Shown piece by piece: positions 1 through 11,578 of a stretch of 64,000 nucleotides of DNA (positions are counted from its first letter, which is position 1; every line of letters starts with the position of its first letter). The DNA lies in NCBI GenBank assembly GCA_002811645.1, contig PDIP01000053.1, positions 1 through 64,000 of the forward strand. The letters are read 5' to 3'. A model generated the notes under the pieces. That model was not told where the DNA came from and made no database searches. It saw only the letters and a program-made list of their open reading frames with translations. This DNA comes from Corallochytrium limacisporum Hawaii (Eukaryota > Protista > Pluriformea). The translations under genes and the position numbers were made by a program.

Positions 1-2232
1 AACGGTGCAAACGTTTGCACAACAGCCCCCCCCCCCCCCGGGGGGCCCTCGGGGTTCACCTCGCGGTGTGTGCCAGCGTCATCGCACTCCGAGCTTCCCC
101 ACCCCATCCCGGCTCCCTCCCTCCCCCCCCCAATTCTGTGATTTAAAAATCGCGCCCGGCAGTACTGAAACAGTGTCGGAAAGTTCGAGGTCAATGACAG
201 AATTGGAAAAAAAGTGAGCCGGGTCTTGGACACTTCGAAGGTCACCCAAAACAAAAAAAAAAGAAAGAGAGAGAAAAGAAAACACAAAATTTCAAGTTCC
301 CGCCTTCAATGACCCAGGCCACAAGAAAGAATGGAGCGCAGCCAAAAAAGATAAGACCCCCCGTCCGAACGCGCCCGAACGGAGGGCCAGGTACCCCATT
401 GCGTGTTTTCAACTCCATATATTCATTATTGCAATTGCGTTATACAGGCCCACGACCACCTTTTCCACGACCGAAAGAATTGTGAGACCGACGACCACCG
501 CCGCAGGACCGTTGGCCGGGCTCCGCATTTTCTTTCCTTGTTCATTTCTTCGCCGCGCTCTCCCCTTCTCCTCACCGGCGGGAGTGTTACACCGAAATCG
601 CAGGTTGCTGCAATTTCTCGCACGCCACCTCCCGAAGTACTGAATAAACCGAAGAGTCGAGAAAAAAAAAACGAAGGCTGCCTCTCCCCCCCCCCAAGGC
701 TGGAACGAAAAGGGAGGGGAAGGTGAGACTTGGAACCGGGCGGTCGTTCGGACCATTATATTTTTTTCTCCAACAGAACTGGGGTACAGTGGCGGATCAC
801 ACACCCCCGATGCGCCCAAAAAGAAAAAGTTTCAATGGCGCCCATGAGGGAAAAAAAAAGGGCGGGATGGGGCGGGGCGAGAGGACCAGGCACGACAAAC
901 GAACTAAATCGTTTTCACCACCTGGGAATCATTCGCAGTTGCAGAACAGGGACAATGTAAAAAATAAAGAAACACAAAAATTGGGAAAACCAGGAACACA
1001 CTGGTTCCCTCCCCCCCCACCACCACCAAACATTCCCGCCGGCGTGGTTGCAACACAGGGGACAAATCCCTTCTTCCCTCAAAAGTCATAAGGGGATCAT
1101 CACTTTACCTCAGTACTTTCGGTATGTGCAGTTGCGCGGATCGGACACCAAAAAGTTCTCTCCTGCCAAGTCCGTCCGTGGTTGAGTCACAGAGTGAGAG
1201 GTCGTCGGGTATACGCTGTCCGACACCAAGACAAATAGAAACTGCCGTCTTCGATGGCCCAGTCTTCCACTCTTAAAATTTTAAAAGAGTGACTTGCAAT
1301 CGGTTCAATTGACCAAGGATTCCCATTGCCAAGGTACGGTTGGAACTGCTGGAACGCGGTTTGGTGAATCCGGCGCAGCCCAAAAAAAAAGGTTCTTCTT
1401 TGGCCTGCTTTTCTACCCCCGGGCCGGGGGGGAGGGGAGGGGGAATATTTTGTGACTTTGGTTTCGGTCTTTTGCGGCCGGCACTCGGAAGGCGCGAACA
1501 GTTTTGGATTTTCTAAAGTGGCTGTTTTCTATATTTAAACTGTGCATGATTTTCCAGCGACTTTCACAAGGCGAATCGTGTACGAAGGAAATGAAAAGTT
1601 GCGATGGTCTGTAAGGAAGCAAGAGCCTGAGCAGGGAAGTGTAAAGGAATACTTGCCGTACATATTCTATAATGGAGCCAACAATATTCAATTTGCCCAA
1701 CCCGATTGTTACGTCCAGTCTTTGTCATTTCACTGCTTAAGTTGTTGGTCGGGCCGCCGGGATGTGGTAATTTTTTGTCAGTATATTCAGTATGGACGCA
1801 GGAATTGGTAATTTTGGCGGGAAAATTCAACCTCACATGGCCGGGAATGGATCAAACCCCGTCCGAACACATGAAAAGATCCCGGGGAACAAGGACACAC
1901 ACCGGAGAGCGAGAGGGGGGGGGGGGGGGTGCGGACGGATCGAAGGTGTTTTCGACATAGTTTCCGTAAAAATTCTCATACAAAACAATAGCAATTCCAC
2001 GCCGGTACCAGCGACCGCACCACTCCCTTGCGACCCCAAAACAAAACAATAAAAACCAAAAGTGAAATAAAAACTGAGAATATTTCCAAACTTTTCTTTC
2101 TCTCCCTCGCGTGCTTACCGCGGGTAACATTTCGCGCCTAAAATCATATTCGGCCTTTTTCAACCTGCGTTCGGCACTGCGGCGGGCAGAAAAGAGAGAG
2201 GGGGGGAGGGGGGCGTCGAAAAAAGAGGGGGC

Positions 2233-2477
2233 NNNNNNNNNNNNNNNNNNNNNNNNNNNNNNNNNNNNNNNNNNNNNNNNNNNNNNNNNNNNNNNNNNNN
2301 NNNNNNNNNNNNNNNNNNNNNNNNNNNNNNNNNNNNNNNNNNNNNNNNNNNNNNNNNNNNNNNNNNNNNNNNNNNNNNNNNNNNNNNNNNNNNNNNNNNN
2401 NNNNNNNNNNNNNNNNNNNNNNNNNNNNNNNNNNNNNNNNNNNNNNNNNNNNNNNNNNNNNNNNNNNNNNNNNNNNN
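2233..2477. other. Assembly gap (N run)
   Basis: Ns flanked by G-rich tracts. Confidence 0.99.
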
Positions 2478-4076
2478 CAGAGGAAAGGGGGGGGGGGCGG
2501 GGGAACCACAGCCCACATCATCGTTCGTCATCACCCAGTGCACCACCCCCGCAGCCCCCGACTGCGCTAGGGGGGATGCCAGACCATACCATCCAGGTCA
2601 GGAAGAAAAAAGCAACAACTAACCCGATTCTAGCGAGGGAGACAGCGTTTGCTCCTCGCTGCGCGTTTTCTTGCCTTGAACCGCACGCAACTTTTTGACG
2701 CTCGTTGTTTGTTCCTTTGTTCTCTCCGATTGACGTAGCGGGTGAGGGAGTCCCTTTTTTCCTTGAATTTTGCACAATGCGTCACCGACCCGGAGCCACC
2801 CACCCCACGAATTACACAGCAAGGGAATGGTTCAGTTGCACTTGCGTTCTGTCGCACACCACCATCGTTGCGCAGACTATTGATCATGCTCAAGAGGGTC
2901 GAAAAAGCCAGTTAGTCTTCGGTATATTTTGCATACTCACGTTGGTCGCGGCGAAAAGATTTGAGTTCGCGATCAATGAAATATTGACATCAATTGCAAA
3001 TCAGTGTCCCCCTTTCCCCTCCCCACCCCCTTTTCTGTTTACGGGCTGCTTCCTCGGTAGGCAAGGCGAACCCCAGAATCGCAGGCTCCCGCCAGAACTA
3101 CGGGGCAGGGGGAAGTTTGGTGGACCGCTAAGGATCTACCAAGGGCACTCGATTCGGCGGCATATATCGTCACTTGGTCCCCCTATCGACGAACACATAA
3201 AGGGCCAGCCCATAGAACCTGTGCAATTCAATTCTTGCATGCATGTACGCGTCTCTAATCTGTTTGTTCTATCTTTTTCAGGTCCCCTTTCCGAGCGGGC
3301 ACGACCCCCCTCAGAAACCGTGCCGCGATAAGAAGAGAAGGAAAGGGCGTTGTCTTCATTGTACCATTGGCACATGACACCGAGAACCACCATCATCGTG
3401 TTTTTGTGCACCATTCAGTGAATTGACTATCGCTAATAGACCCTCCGTTGGTGTCTGTCTCTGCCGTAGTTTGAGCACCGATCTCATCCGTGTGAGACAG
3501 GGTTGGAACATGGTCGCAAGAGACCCTTCCTCGCTCTCCCATGTGCCATGGACTTGGGCTTACCATTCTGCAACAACATGATGCTGAGCCTAGCTTTGCT
3601 GCCCACTCACTCCCCTTTGAAAGCGGCGAGATTTTAGACAACCTACGTGCCTGTTACCTTGAGACCGCAGGAACAATGCAAGTCAGCTGGCAAAGTGGGG
3701 AGTATCGCATGTTCAGGGGCCTATTTTTCCGCTGTTGAAGACAAGAATATTTGATTCAGAAACAGGTGGCACGTTAAGATAAAACAGTTCCATTTCCACA
3801 GTAATATAACGATTCGATTCATATTGCATCCGTCGAAGAAGGGGACATGTTTTTGATTTGTTTGAGTAATCTATATGTGATTACGTTTTATATCCGCACT
3901 CCTTCCCACCCCCGGGTGATTGAGCTTACGCGCCTAAATGTCAACATTGGTCGGCACGGGAGGTATTTCACAGTCGCACAAACAAATGGATCATCGCACG
4001 CCGACCTATAGGATTAAAAAATTCTTGGATTTCTGCTGAATCAACACTTTCCGGAACAGTCCAGCTAATTTCAACC

Positions 4077-5090
4077 ATGGGAGACAGTGGTGAGCTCATT
4101 CTTTACAACTTCCCTCTGGGCATGCAGAGCAAGATGGCTCGGTTGGTGCTGGAGGAGAAGGCTGTAGAGTACGAAAGCCGGGAAGTGAACGAACTCATCT
4201 TTGATCAATATCGCCCAGAGTATGTGCGCCTGGCAGATTGCTGTACCCTTCCCGTTTTAGTGCACGGTGAGGATATCATCAGTGAGATCACGGACATTCT
4301 GCGTTACATTGACTACACCTACCCGGACGGTCCCTTGCAGGTCGAGGAAGGCACCGAGGAAGAAGAATTGCTAAAGAAGTGGATGTCTGCCGCAGTTATC
4401 TTTCCATTTCACCTCGTGCCCTATGCACTGGCATCGGGTCTCAAGGCCCAAATCTGGAGCTACAGCATTCGAGAACGGGCTGAGTTCTTAAAGAAGCTTC
4501 TTCCGGCGGCAGGTGGACTCAGAGAGATTTATCAGCAGGAACTACTGGAAGTACAGGACATTGTCGATTTGACAGAAGACAAAACGGGTAGGAGTCAGCT
4601 CGTGAACGACCTGGAAGTCATCATGGACGAACTAGAGGATCGACTGCGGGCAAGCAAATACCTCGTAAGCGATGAGTACACCCTCGCGGATCTCGCATGG
4701 ACCGCAGTCCTCAGTGACCTCGAGCAGCAGGGACTCGCTGCGAAACTCTGGCAGGGCGGCAAGCGGCCGGCCGTTGCACGCTTCTTTGCCAGTGTCAAAC
4801 GCCGTCCGTCGTTTGCGAGTGCGATTGCTGACATTCAGCTCACCGGCGACCACCTCGGACCTTTCGTTCGGCAACGTGTAATGGGACCTCTGATGGCCGG
4901 CGTCGGTGTTGTAGGCCTCGGATTGGCTACGCTTGTTGGTGCGATTTCAATGGCCACAAGCTCGGGAGCTCTGGATGCAAGTGTGAGCAAGGCCGTAACC
5001 TCGTCATCAGGAGCGCTGGTCACGTCATCGGCAGCAGGCATTGCTGCCAGCCGGATCACCATCACTTTTCCGCATCTGCGATGGATCTAG
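4077..5090 (+). CDS. GDAP1: GDAP1-like glutathione S-transferase-fold protein with C-terminal membrane anchor
   Basis: 337 aa. GST N-domain LILYNF..ARLVLEEK..LPVLVHGEDIISEITDILRYID; GST C-domain YLVSDEYTLADL..RRPSF; long helical insert; hydrophobic C-terminus (LMAGVGVVGLGLATLVGAI). Start context caaccATGg. Confidence 0.75.
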   Translation: MGDSGELILYNFPLGMQSKMARLVLEEKAVEYESREVNELIFDQYRPEYVRLADCCTLPVLVHGEDIISEITDILRYIDYTYPDGPLQVEEGTEEEELLKKWMSAAVIFPFHLVPYALASGLKAQIWSYSIRERAEFLKKLLPAAGGLREIYQQELLEVQDIVDLTEDKTGRSQLVNDLEVIMDELEDRLRASKYLVSDEYTLADLAWTAVLSDLEQQGLAAKLWQGGKRPAVARFFASVKRRPSFASAIADIQLTGDHLGPFVRQRVMGPLMAGVGVVGLGLATLVGAISMATSSGALDASVSKAVTSSSGALVTSSAAGIAASRITITFPHLRWI

Positions 5091-5228
5091 TTATATACTT
5101 CTTTCTGCCATATAATGTCTACATCATTCACATTTCCCATTTGTTACATATAATACACATGCATATAGTTAGTTTGTTTAATGTGAAGTGGATACACGTC
5201 GTTGTTACACTAGAAACGGGGTCCATGC

Positions 5229-6821
5229 TCAAGGTTGCACGCGACGAGGATCGCGTGGGAAGAGTGAACTCTTGCGAATATTGTTCAAGCCCAGGTAGAG
5301 CATGACCACACGCTCCATACCCACACCACCACCGGCATGAGGTGGACATCCGAAGCGGAAGGAATCGATGTAGGCCTGGATCGTAGAAGGATCGATTCCG
5401 TGGTCTTTGGCACGCTGAGTAAGGAACTCCGGGTCGTGGATACGCTGGGCACCGGACACAACTTCTTCACCGCGGATGAACAAATCGTAGGAATTGGAAT
5501 ACTTAGGATTCTCAGGATCAGGCATGGTGTAGAAAGGACGCACCTCCAGAGGGAACTTGTCTAGAATGTAGAAATCAGTGCCGTACTTCTCCCTTACGAG
5601 CTTGCCCAGGAAGCGCTCATTGGCGGTGCTCAAGTCCTCATAGTCACCCATTTCGACCCCGGCCTCGCGCAGCATTGCCACGCCATCAGCGTAGTTAAGT
5701 CGCAGGGAAGGCTCGAGGAATTTGAACGGTTCCGCAGGATACTGCTGATGGACACGAGCAATTTCCTCGCTGTACTGCGCGGCCAGACCCTTGAAGATAC
5801 CCACGAACATTTTGTCCAGCACTTCCAGAACCTCATGGTAGTGCTCCTTGAAAGCCATTTCCATATCCAGCCCGATGAACTCGGTCAAGTGACGGTGCGT
5901 GTTGGAATCCTCGGCACGGAAGACATGTCCGACCTCGAAGACTCGATCAAAGTCTGCTGCAATGGCCATCTGCTTGTACAGCTGGGGACTCTGGGCTAGG
6001 AAAGCGGAGGACTTGAAATAACTCACCTTGAATACATTGGCACCACCCTCGGACGCTGCTCCAATGATTTTGGGAGAGTGGATTTCGGTGAAGCTCATGT
6101 CAGTAAGCACATCACGGAAGAGACGACAGACCCCGTGCTGAATTCGGAAGATAGCCTGGTTGGCGGGAGTGCGCAGATCGATGACGCGGTTGTCCAACCG
6201 AGTGTCCTGACCCACACGAACCAAGGCAGGATCTTTCTCAAAGTCCGACTCAGGCCGGCTTGCGTCTTCAATATTGAACGGCAGCTGCTCATCACTCTTG
6301 CTTACCACGAAGATCTTCTCCACCTTCATTTCAATGTCCTGCTTGGTGCATCCCTGGATAGGCTCGGGAGGGGCTGTAAGAGAGCCAGTCACATCGACAA
6401 TGGTTTCGTTGTTGAGTGATGTGCAGAACTTAACCATCTGCTTGCTTACCACCTCGTTGACGCTGACCACGGCCTGGAGGGTGTGATGCTTTTCACGCAA
6501 GACCATAAAGCAGTTCTTACCTGTGCCGCGGGCCTTGGCCATACGTGCCCGGATTGTAACCTGCTCACCGGCAAGGTTCTTGTTCAAAGTGCTGATCGGT
6601 GTCCACACGCGGCTCGTCTTCTGGGTGGACTGAATCATTGGTAGCACACCATAGTTCTCCTTAGCGTAGTCATTCGCTGCCGCTGCGGCCTGCTCAGCCT
6701 CCCGCTTTGCAGCAGCTTCGGCCTTCCGTGCGGCCTTCTCTCGTTCCTTTTCCAACTTCTTCAGTGCCTTCTTGCTCAGAGGCAGGCCGTCGGGGCCAAG
6801 AGGGACTTCTTGGTCAGCCAT
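5229..6821 (-). CDS. DARS1: Aspartyl-tRNA synthetase, cytoplasmic
   Basis: 530 aa. Eukaryotic N-terminal LSKKALKK helix, OB-fold, motifs [44 protein letters not shown]. Confidence 0.97.
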   Translation of the reverse strand: MADQEVPLGPDGLPLSKKALKKLEKEREKAARKAEAAAKREAEQAAAAANDYAKENYGVLPMIQSTQKTSRVWTPISTLNKNLAGEQVTIRARMAKARGTGKNCFMVLREKHHTLQAVVSVNEVVSKQMVKFCTSLNNETIVDVTGSLTAPPEPIQGCTKQDIEMKVEKIFVVSKSDEQLPFNIEDASRPESDFEKDPALVRVGQDTRLDNRVIDLRTPANQAIFRIQHGVCRLFRDVLTDMSFTEIHSPKIIGAASEGGANVFKVSYFKSSAFLAQSPQLYKQMAIAADFDRVFEVGHVFRAEDSNTHRHLTEFIGLDMEMAFKEHYHEVLEVLDKMFVGIFKGLAAQYSEEIARVHQQYPAEPFKFLEPSLRLNYADGVAMLREAGVEMGDYEDLSTANERFLGKLVREKYGTDFYILDKFPLEVRPFYTMPDPENPKYSNSYDLFIRGEEVVSGAQRIHDPEFLTQRAKDHGIDPSTIQAYIDSFRFGCPPHAGGGVGMERVVMLYLGLNNIRKSSLFPRDPRRVQP

Positions 6822-7704
6822 GATTACTAAGTACGCTTGGTGCTACTATGCCAGGCTAACCTATTCACATTAATGGATTATCATCATACACCTTCTCTAG
6901 CTTCATTGGCAGCGCCAGTTCCTTAAATACCCATGGTCACATCAAGTTGCCAATGTATGATACTTTGCTGACCTGTGCTGATTGATTGATTGTTTGGGCG
7001 GCTGGCATTGTATGGTGAGATAAGGGAGGGGGAGGGGGGGGGGGACGTTGGTGTTGAGATGCCACGGCCCCATGTGTGTAGAGATCTTCCTCCCCCCGAG
7101 GCTAGGGAAATCAAAACGGAAAAAAAAATGAAGAAAGGAGGAAAACAAGTCAAGCGAAAGGAGAGAGGGGGGAGGGAGAGACATTGGGGAGCGAGCCCAT
7201 GGGGGAAAGGAAAAGGGCGGGGCGGTTGGTTGGTTAGTTGGTTGGACCGCACAGCAAAAGCGGTCCCCCCCCCCTCCTCCCGGGCCGGGGGGAGCCCTTG
7301 CTTTCCCTCGGGGCTCTCTATTAAAAGTGACCCGGAGCGGCCCACCGCTGTTGTGGCTGGTGAGCACTCCCTGGCAAAAGCAAAAGTAAAGCCCGCTCCA
7401 AACCAGCGGCGACCGGGCCCAAGGAGTGCGGAGGAGCGCACGGGACCAAGCGCCGCGCAGAGGGGGGGTAGGCGCCGGGCGTTGGGACGGGGAAGTCCAC
7501 GGAAGCGTGACACCCGCGGCGGCGCAGGGCTCGGGAAGGCTACTAATTGCTATGAGAATACCTAGAAACGTTCCTAGGCGCTTGATTGTGCGCGCATTGA
7601 CCTGAAAGATAGATTTCAGTGAATGCAAATATAAAGAACAAGAGGGGATGGAATGCCTAAAGTGCTAAAGAACCATAGGAGAATAGACGGACCGATTTAT
7701 AGAC

Positions 7705-9438
7705 ATGACCGACGTTCCGGAGATTATCACTTTACAGTTCGGTGACGCTGCGAACCAAGCCGGCGCGCATTTTTGGAATGCACAGAGAGCCCGAATTTCA
7801 GATCCAAACTCTGTGGCAGATCCACGCTGTCTCTATGAGGAGCGACCTGGGCAACGGCACCTTGCCACAACGGCCGAGGCTCGATGGATCCCGCGCCTCT
7901 TGCTCTTTGACTTGGAGGGTGGGACAAGCAGTGATCCACAGGTTATGAAAGCTCTGTACGCCTCTACAAACCCTCAAGGAAGGGCCACAAGCGGTCTCCA
8001 CTCTGCTCAGACTACCTGGCACGGGCCCACGCAGACCTGGGGAGATCCCAGCTCATTCGATCAGCCCGCCGGCCTGGGTCAGGGTTCCTCTGCTGCAGCA
8101 CCGCCCAAATCGACCGGACCTTACCACTGGACCCAGTCCTACCGAGGTATGCTAAGGCGGGAAAGTGCACGGTTCTTCAAGTGCGGTTACGATGACAATC
8201 ATGAGCTCCAGGGATACCGCCAAGGCAGCGAAGTGTTCAAGGACCACGGTAGGGAGATGGAGGCTGCCGAGGATAGTCTACGCCTGATGGCGGAGCGCTG
8301 TGACTACCTCCAGGGTTTTCATGTTGTCGTTGATGCAGAGACCGGGTTTGGTGGTGTGAGCGCAAGCTTTCTGCAGTCCGTCATTGCCGACGAATTCGGC
8401 GGCCGGCCCGTCGTGAGCTGGTGCCTCACCTCACCCCAGGCAACCGCTGGTCGACAGTTGCGATATGACGAGGACAGGCGCCACCGCCGGGGCTGCGAAC
8501 GAGCAGCATTGAACTCGATGCTGACGTTAGAGAGTTTAGAGGAGCATAGCAGTATGGTCTACCTGTGCGAACAGGATACCGTTGTTGCAGAGAAGTGGCT
8601 CATGGGCCACGAGCTACCGATTGATTCCATGGCCCTGGCTGCGCAACTGCCAGTTGCTCTTCTTTGGGACTCGAGCACTCTGCACTACCGTCTGCGTTCT
8701 GAAGTGGTGATCAGCCATGGCAGTGGGCAATTTGGTACCATGTCTGATAATGGCCACCACCTCAGCGGCGGCGGTAATCGCCGCCTTGCCAGCGCGTCTG
8801 TGATGGTGCCTGCAGACAGCTTCATATTCACAAATGCACAGGGCGCGCAGACCGAGGACGACGATTGGATCGCTTCTCAGGACTACGGTGTATGGCAATC
8901 GCTGAGCATGGCTTATGATGACAGGAATGGGACTCTGTACAACCATCCAGTGGACGAAGAAGAGATGCAGAAATTGCGGGATAAGTGGCCGAGCGTGGTG
9001 AATATGCACGGCTTCACGACACCGGCATGGAATGGCCAGCGCCTGCTCGACACAGTCTTTCGAAAGGAAAGCCGAAGAGACGATGAAAGCAGCAGTAGTC
9101 CGCGTGATTACCAGCGTGAAGTGGCTGAGCATCGCTTAATGCAATCGCAGAAGTGCCTGACGCATTCCTTGTCAAGTGGTTTCCCTTCCATGCCGACGGC
9201 CCTCCAACCTGTGGCACTTCCACAGAAAGGCATGCTCGTGGATCAGAGTCTGGCCATGGCGTCCCATCTTAAACAGGACCTGACCATGGTGCGATACCTT
9301 GACGCGTGTATAGACACCAGTCGCTGCCTGCGGTATCGGGAAATGATGGGCGAAGGCGTTCAAGGGTACCCTGCGGACGAGGCAGAGGAACTGCGGGAGC
9401 GACTCTACGGTATGTTGGAACACTACCGCGATGAGTAG
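7705..9438 (+). CDS. MSTO1: Misato/DML1 tubulin-FtsZ-like protein
   Basis: 577 aa. EIITLQFG..AN..GAHFWNAQ, PRLLLFDLEGG and EDSLR..AERCDYLQGF....D..TGFGG are Misato family motifs. Confidence 0.9.
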   Translation: MTDVPEIITLQFGDAANQAGAHFWNAQRARISDPNSVADPRCLYEERPGQRHLATTAEARWIPRLLLFDLEGGTSSDPQVMKALYASTNPQGRATSGLHSAQTTWHGPTQTWGDPSSFDQPAGLGQGSSAAAPPKSTGPYHWTQSYRGMLRRESARFFKCGYDDNHELQGYRQGSEVFKDHGREMEAAEDSLRLMAERCDYLQGFHVVVDAETGFGGVSASFLQSVIADEFGGRPVVSWCLTSPQATAGRQLRYDEDRRHRRGCERAALNSMLTLESLEEHSSMVYLCEQDTVVAEKWLMGHELPIDSMALAAQLPVALLWDSSTLHYRLRSEVVISHGSGQFGTMSDNGHHLSGGGNRRLASASVMVPADSFIFTNAQGAQTEDDDWIASQDYGVWQSLSMAYDDRNGTLYNHPVDEEEMQKLRDKWPSVVNMHGFTTPAWNGQRLLDTVFRKESRRDDESSSSPRDYQREVAEHRLMQSQKCLTHSLSSGFPSMPTALQPVALPQKGMLVDQSLAMASHLKQDLTMVRYLDACIDTSRCLRYREMMGEGVQGYPADEAEELRERLYGMLEHYRDE

Positions 9439-9586
9439 CTGTTGCATCTTGGTACCGGGTAACAAAATAGTGTATAGTAGGTTGTAATATGTAGCTACGA
9501 AATCGTGAATATATAGAAGGTTGAGTTGAATAGTTTCCTCGTTTAAGATGGTGTTTTGTTTTCAATAAGAGACAAGACGGTACCCC

Positions 9587-11056
9587 TCACAGGACAGGGG
9601 CATAGACGGTGTTCGAATCGTTCAAAAGATTCCAGTTAATGTCGGGAATAGCCACTGAATTGAGATACTCCGGCCCGGCGTCCACACGCTTACGCCAGTA
9701 TTCCACCGAGTAGACCAGAGCAAGCAAGGGAATACCGAGAGTGAGACCGAACCAGAGGAACATGTTTCCAATCAGAGTACCCTTCATTGGCTTCGACATG
9801 GCGATGAGCGGAATCTGACTCATCTGCAGCAAGAAGAACCACGGCCGATAGACATCCAACACCACGCTCATAACGAATTCGTGCAGCACAGAGCTGAAGA
9901 AGAAGGTTCCCATCATGGCACTCGTTTTGCGGGCCTGGAAACGCTTTCGGGAAGTCATGTATACGTGTCTCAGCAGCCAGGTGTGTACCGGCTTGTTCCA
10001 GTCCCGGGCGTACTCATCGTAGGTCGTAGCGTTCCACCAGTCTGCGTAGAAGGCCCGATCGGCGAAGAGCGTTAGCTCTGCACAGCAGTTCAAAATGCCC
10101 TCAAAGACAATGTAGAAGGTAATGAGGTGGACACCCAGGAAAGGAACGATGAGTGTGATCAGATTCTCCCAGAAACTTCGGTGGACTGCCAGCTTTAGGT
10201 TTGGATAGATGTACTCAGCCACAACAACATACATGAAGATCAGGCAGAAAACAGTCTGTGCGGCCTTCTTCAGGAAATAACCGGGGCGGAATTTCTCCGT
10301 ACGAGGATAGTCACGGTCGTACACCAAGGTCGGCACAATCAGGAAGTCAATGTAGTTCCATAATGTGAGACCTTCCCGTAGTTCTCCACGCAGCTCGTCA
10401 TGTTGGAACCATTCCCTGTGGACTTCCAGATAGCTGTGCGTCTTCATGAACATGACCAGGGCTTCTGCAATGATAAAGAAGGACTGGGTAACACCGAAAT
10501 CAAGCAGTCGTGCCGTGGCCCAGGCGCCAATAACCATGATGGCCTGCATCAAGTGTTGGAACTTCTCCGCTGTGGTCGTGCTGATGCGACCATCTATGGT
10601 GAGCAGAGTCAGCGGAATCACAAATGCCCCGAATGAACACATGGCACCAACGACCAGGAAGCTCTCCAGAACCCTTTCTGCCGCTGCAAAGGCAAGATCT
10701 CCGCGAAGGACTTGTCCCGTTTCGTTGTATGTGTTAATGGCTGATGATGCAATATACCAACACATACCAATGAATGCAAGGTTTACCCAACCGTACATCC
10801 GATTGTCCGGGTCGTCAATCCCGTCAAGCAGGCTCTGGCGCGGTTCAAACAAACGTGGTGGGGTGTCGCGAATTGGACTGCCACTGCGCTCTGCCAGTTC
10901 CCGTGCTTTAGTGCGAAGAGACACGCGTCTGTTCAGCTTCAAATGAAACTCTTCCTTTGCAGTCTTCGGAGACTGCCCATTATCCTTATGGTATTCCTGC
11001 TCAGTAGAGTACCGCCTCCGGATGACTTCGTCCCTCTTACGCGAGCGAGGAGTCAT
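9587..11056 (-). CDS. MBOAT O-acyltransferase, sterol O-acyltransferase (SOAT/ARE)/DGAT1 family
   Basis: 489 aa, multi-TM. MKTHSY, PTLVY...YPRT, FADRAFYADWWN, WNKPVH.WL.RHVY and catalytic His in SSVLHE. Confidence 0.9.
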   Translation of the reverse strand: MTPRSRKRDEVIRRRYSTEQEYHKDNGQSPKTAKEEFHLKLNRRVSLRTKARELAERSGSPIRDTPPRLFEPRQSLLDGIDDPDNRMYGWVNLAFIGMCWYIASSAINTYNETGQVLRGDLAFAAAERVLESFLVVGAMCSFGAFVIPLTLLTIDGRISTTTAEKFQHLMQAIMVIGAWATARLLDFGVTQSFFIIAEALVMFMKTHSYLEVHREWFQHDELRGELREGLTLWNYIDFLIVPTLVYDRDYPRTEKFRPGYFLKKAAQTVFCLIFMYVVVAEYIYPNLKLAVHRSFWENLITLIVPFLGVHLITFYIVFEGILNCCAELTLFADRAFYADWWNATTYDEYARDWNKPVHTWLLRHVYMTSRKRFQARKTSAMMGTFFFSSVLHEFVMSVVLDVYRPWFFLLQMSQIPLIAMSKPMKGTLIGNMFLWFGLTLGIPLLALVYSVEYWRKRVDAGPEYLNSVAIPDINWNLLNDSNTVYAPVL

Positions 11057-11559
11057 GTTTGATAATGCCTAGTTCTGTGTTTGTTGAGTATGGGAAAAGT
11101 GATCAGTCTCCTGGATTTCGTAAGTATTAAGGTCCTCGCTCTCGTCCCTATATCTTTGTTGCCTATGTGTTGTTCTGATCCTCAGTCTATCTGGCTATTG
11201 ACTAAGATCACAGTTGGAAGATTTCCAACCAACACTCTCATAAGTATGCCTTTATCGTAACAAATACCTTATGGTTCAGCGATACGGCTATCATCGATAC
11301 AAATCATCAGCATCCAAACCATCAACCTGCTCCGAATCTTGGTTTCGTGTTGCGCTCGCCCTGTTTTAAGCGGAGTGTGTGAGTGTGGCTCCCTGATCGG
11401 CCTTTGCGCCGTCTCCATTGTTGCTCTGCTCCTGATCCTCCTCCTCCCCCCCCGGGGGTCCCCCTTCCCCCACTAGTCTACGCCCTCTCTTTCTCTCTTA
11501 TTTTCTGCCCCTTTCATCCACCCACCCACCACCACCACCATCCATCGCAACCCTCCACC

Positions 11560-11578
11560 CTCTCTCTCTCTCTCTCTC
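11560..11578. repeat. (CT)n microsatellite, preceded by a (CAC)n run at about 11520-11540
   Basis: Seen directly in the sequence. Confidence 0.7.

Noticed and set aside
2111-2698. ORFs spanning N gaps (also near 18 kb, 41 kb and 63 kb)
   Set aside because: Artefacts of translating Ns.
6923-7628. Overlapping 190-230-aa ORFs in the DARS1/MSTO1 divergent gap (similar at 57939-58772 and 2705-3331)
   Set aside because: GC-rich low-complexity DNA with few stops; the translations are homopolymer-driven.
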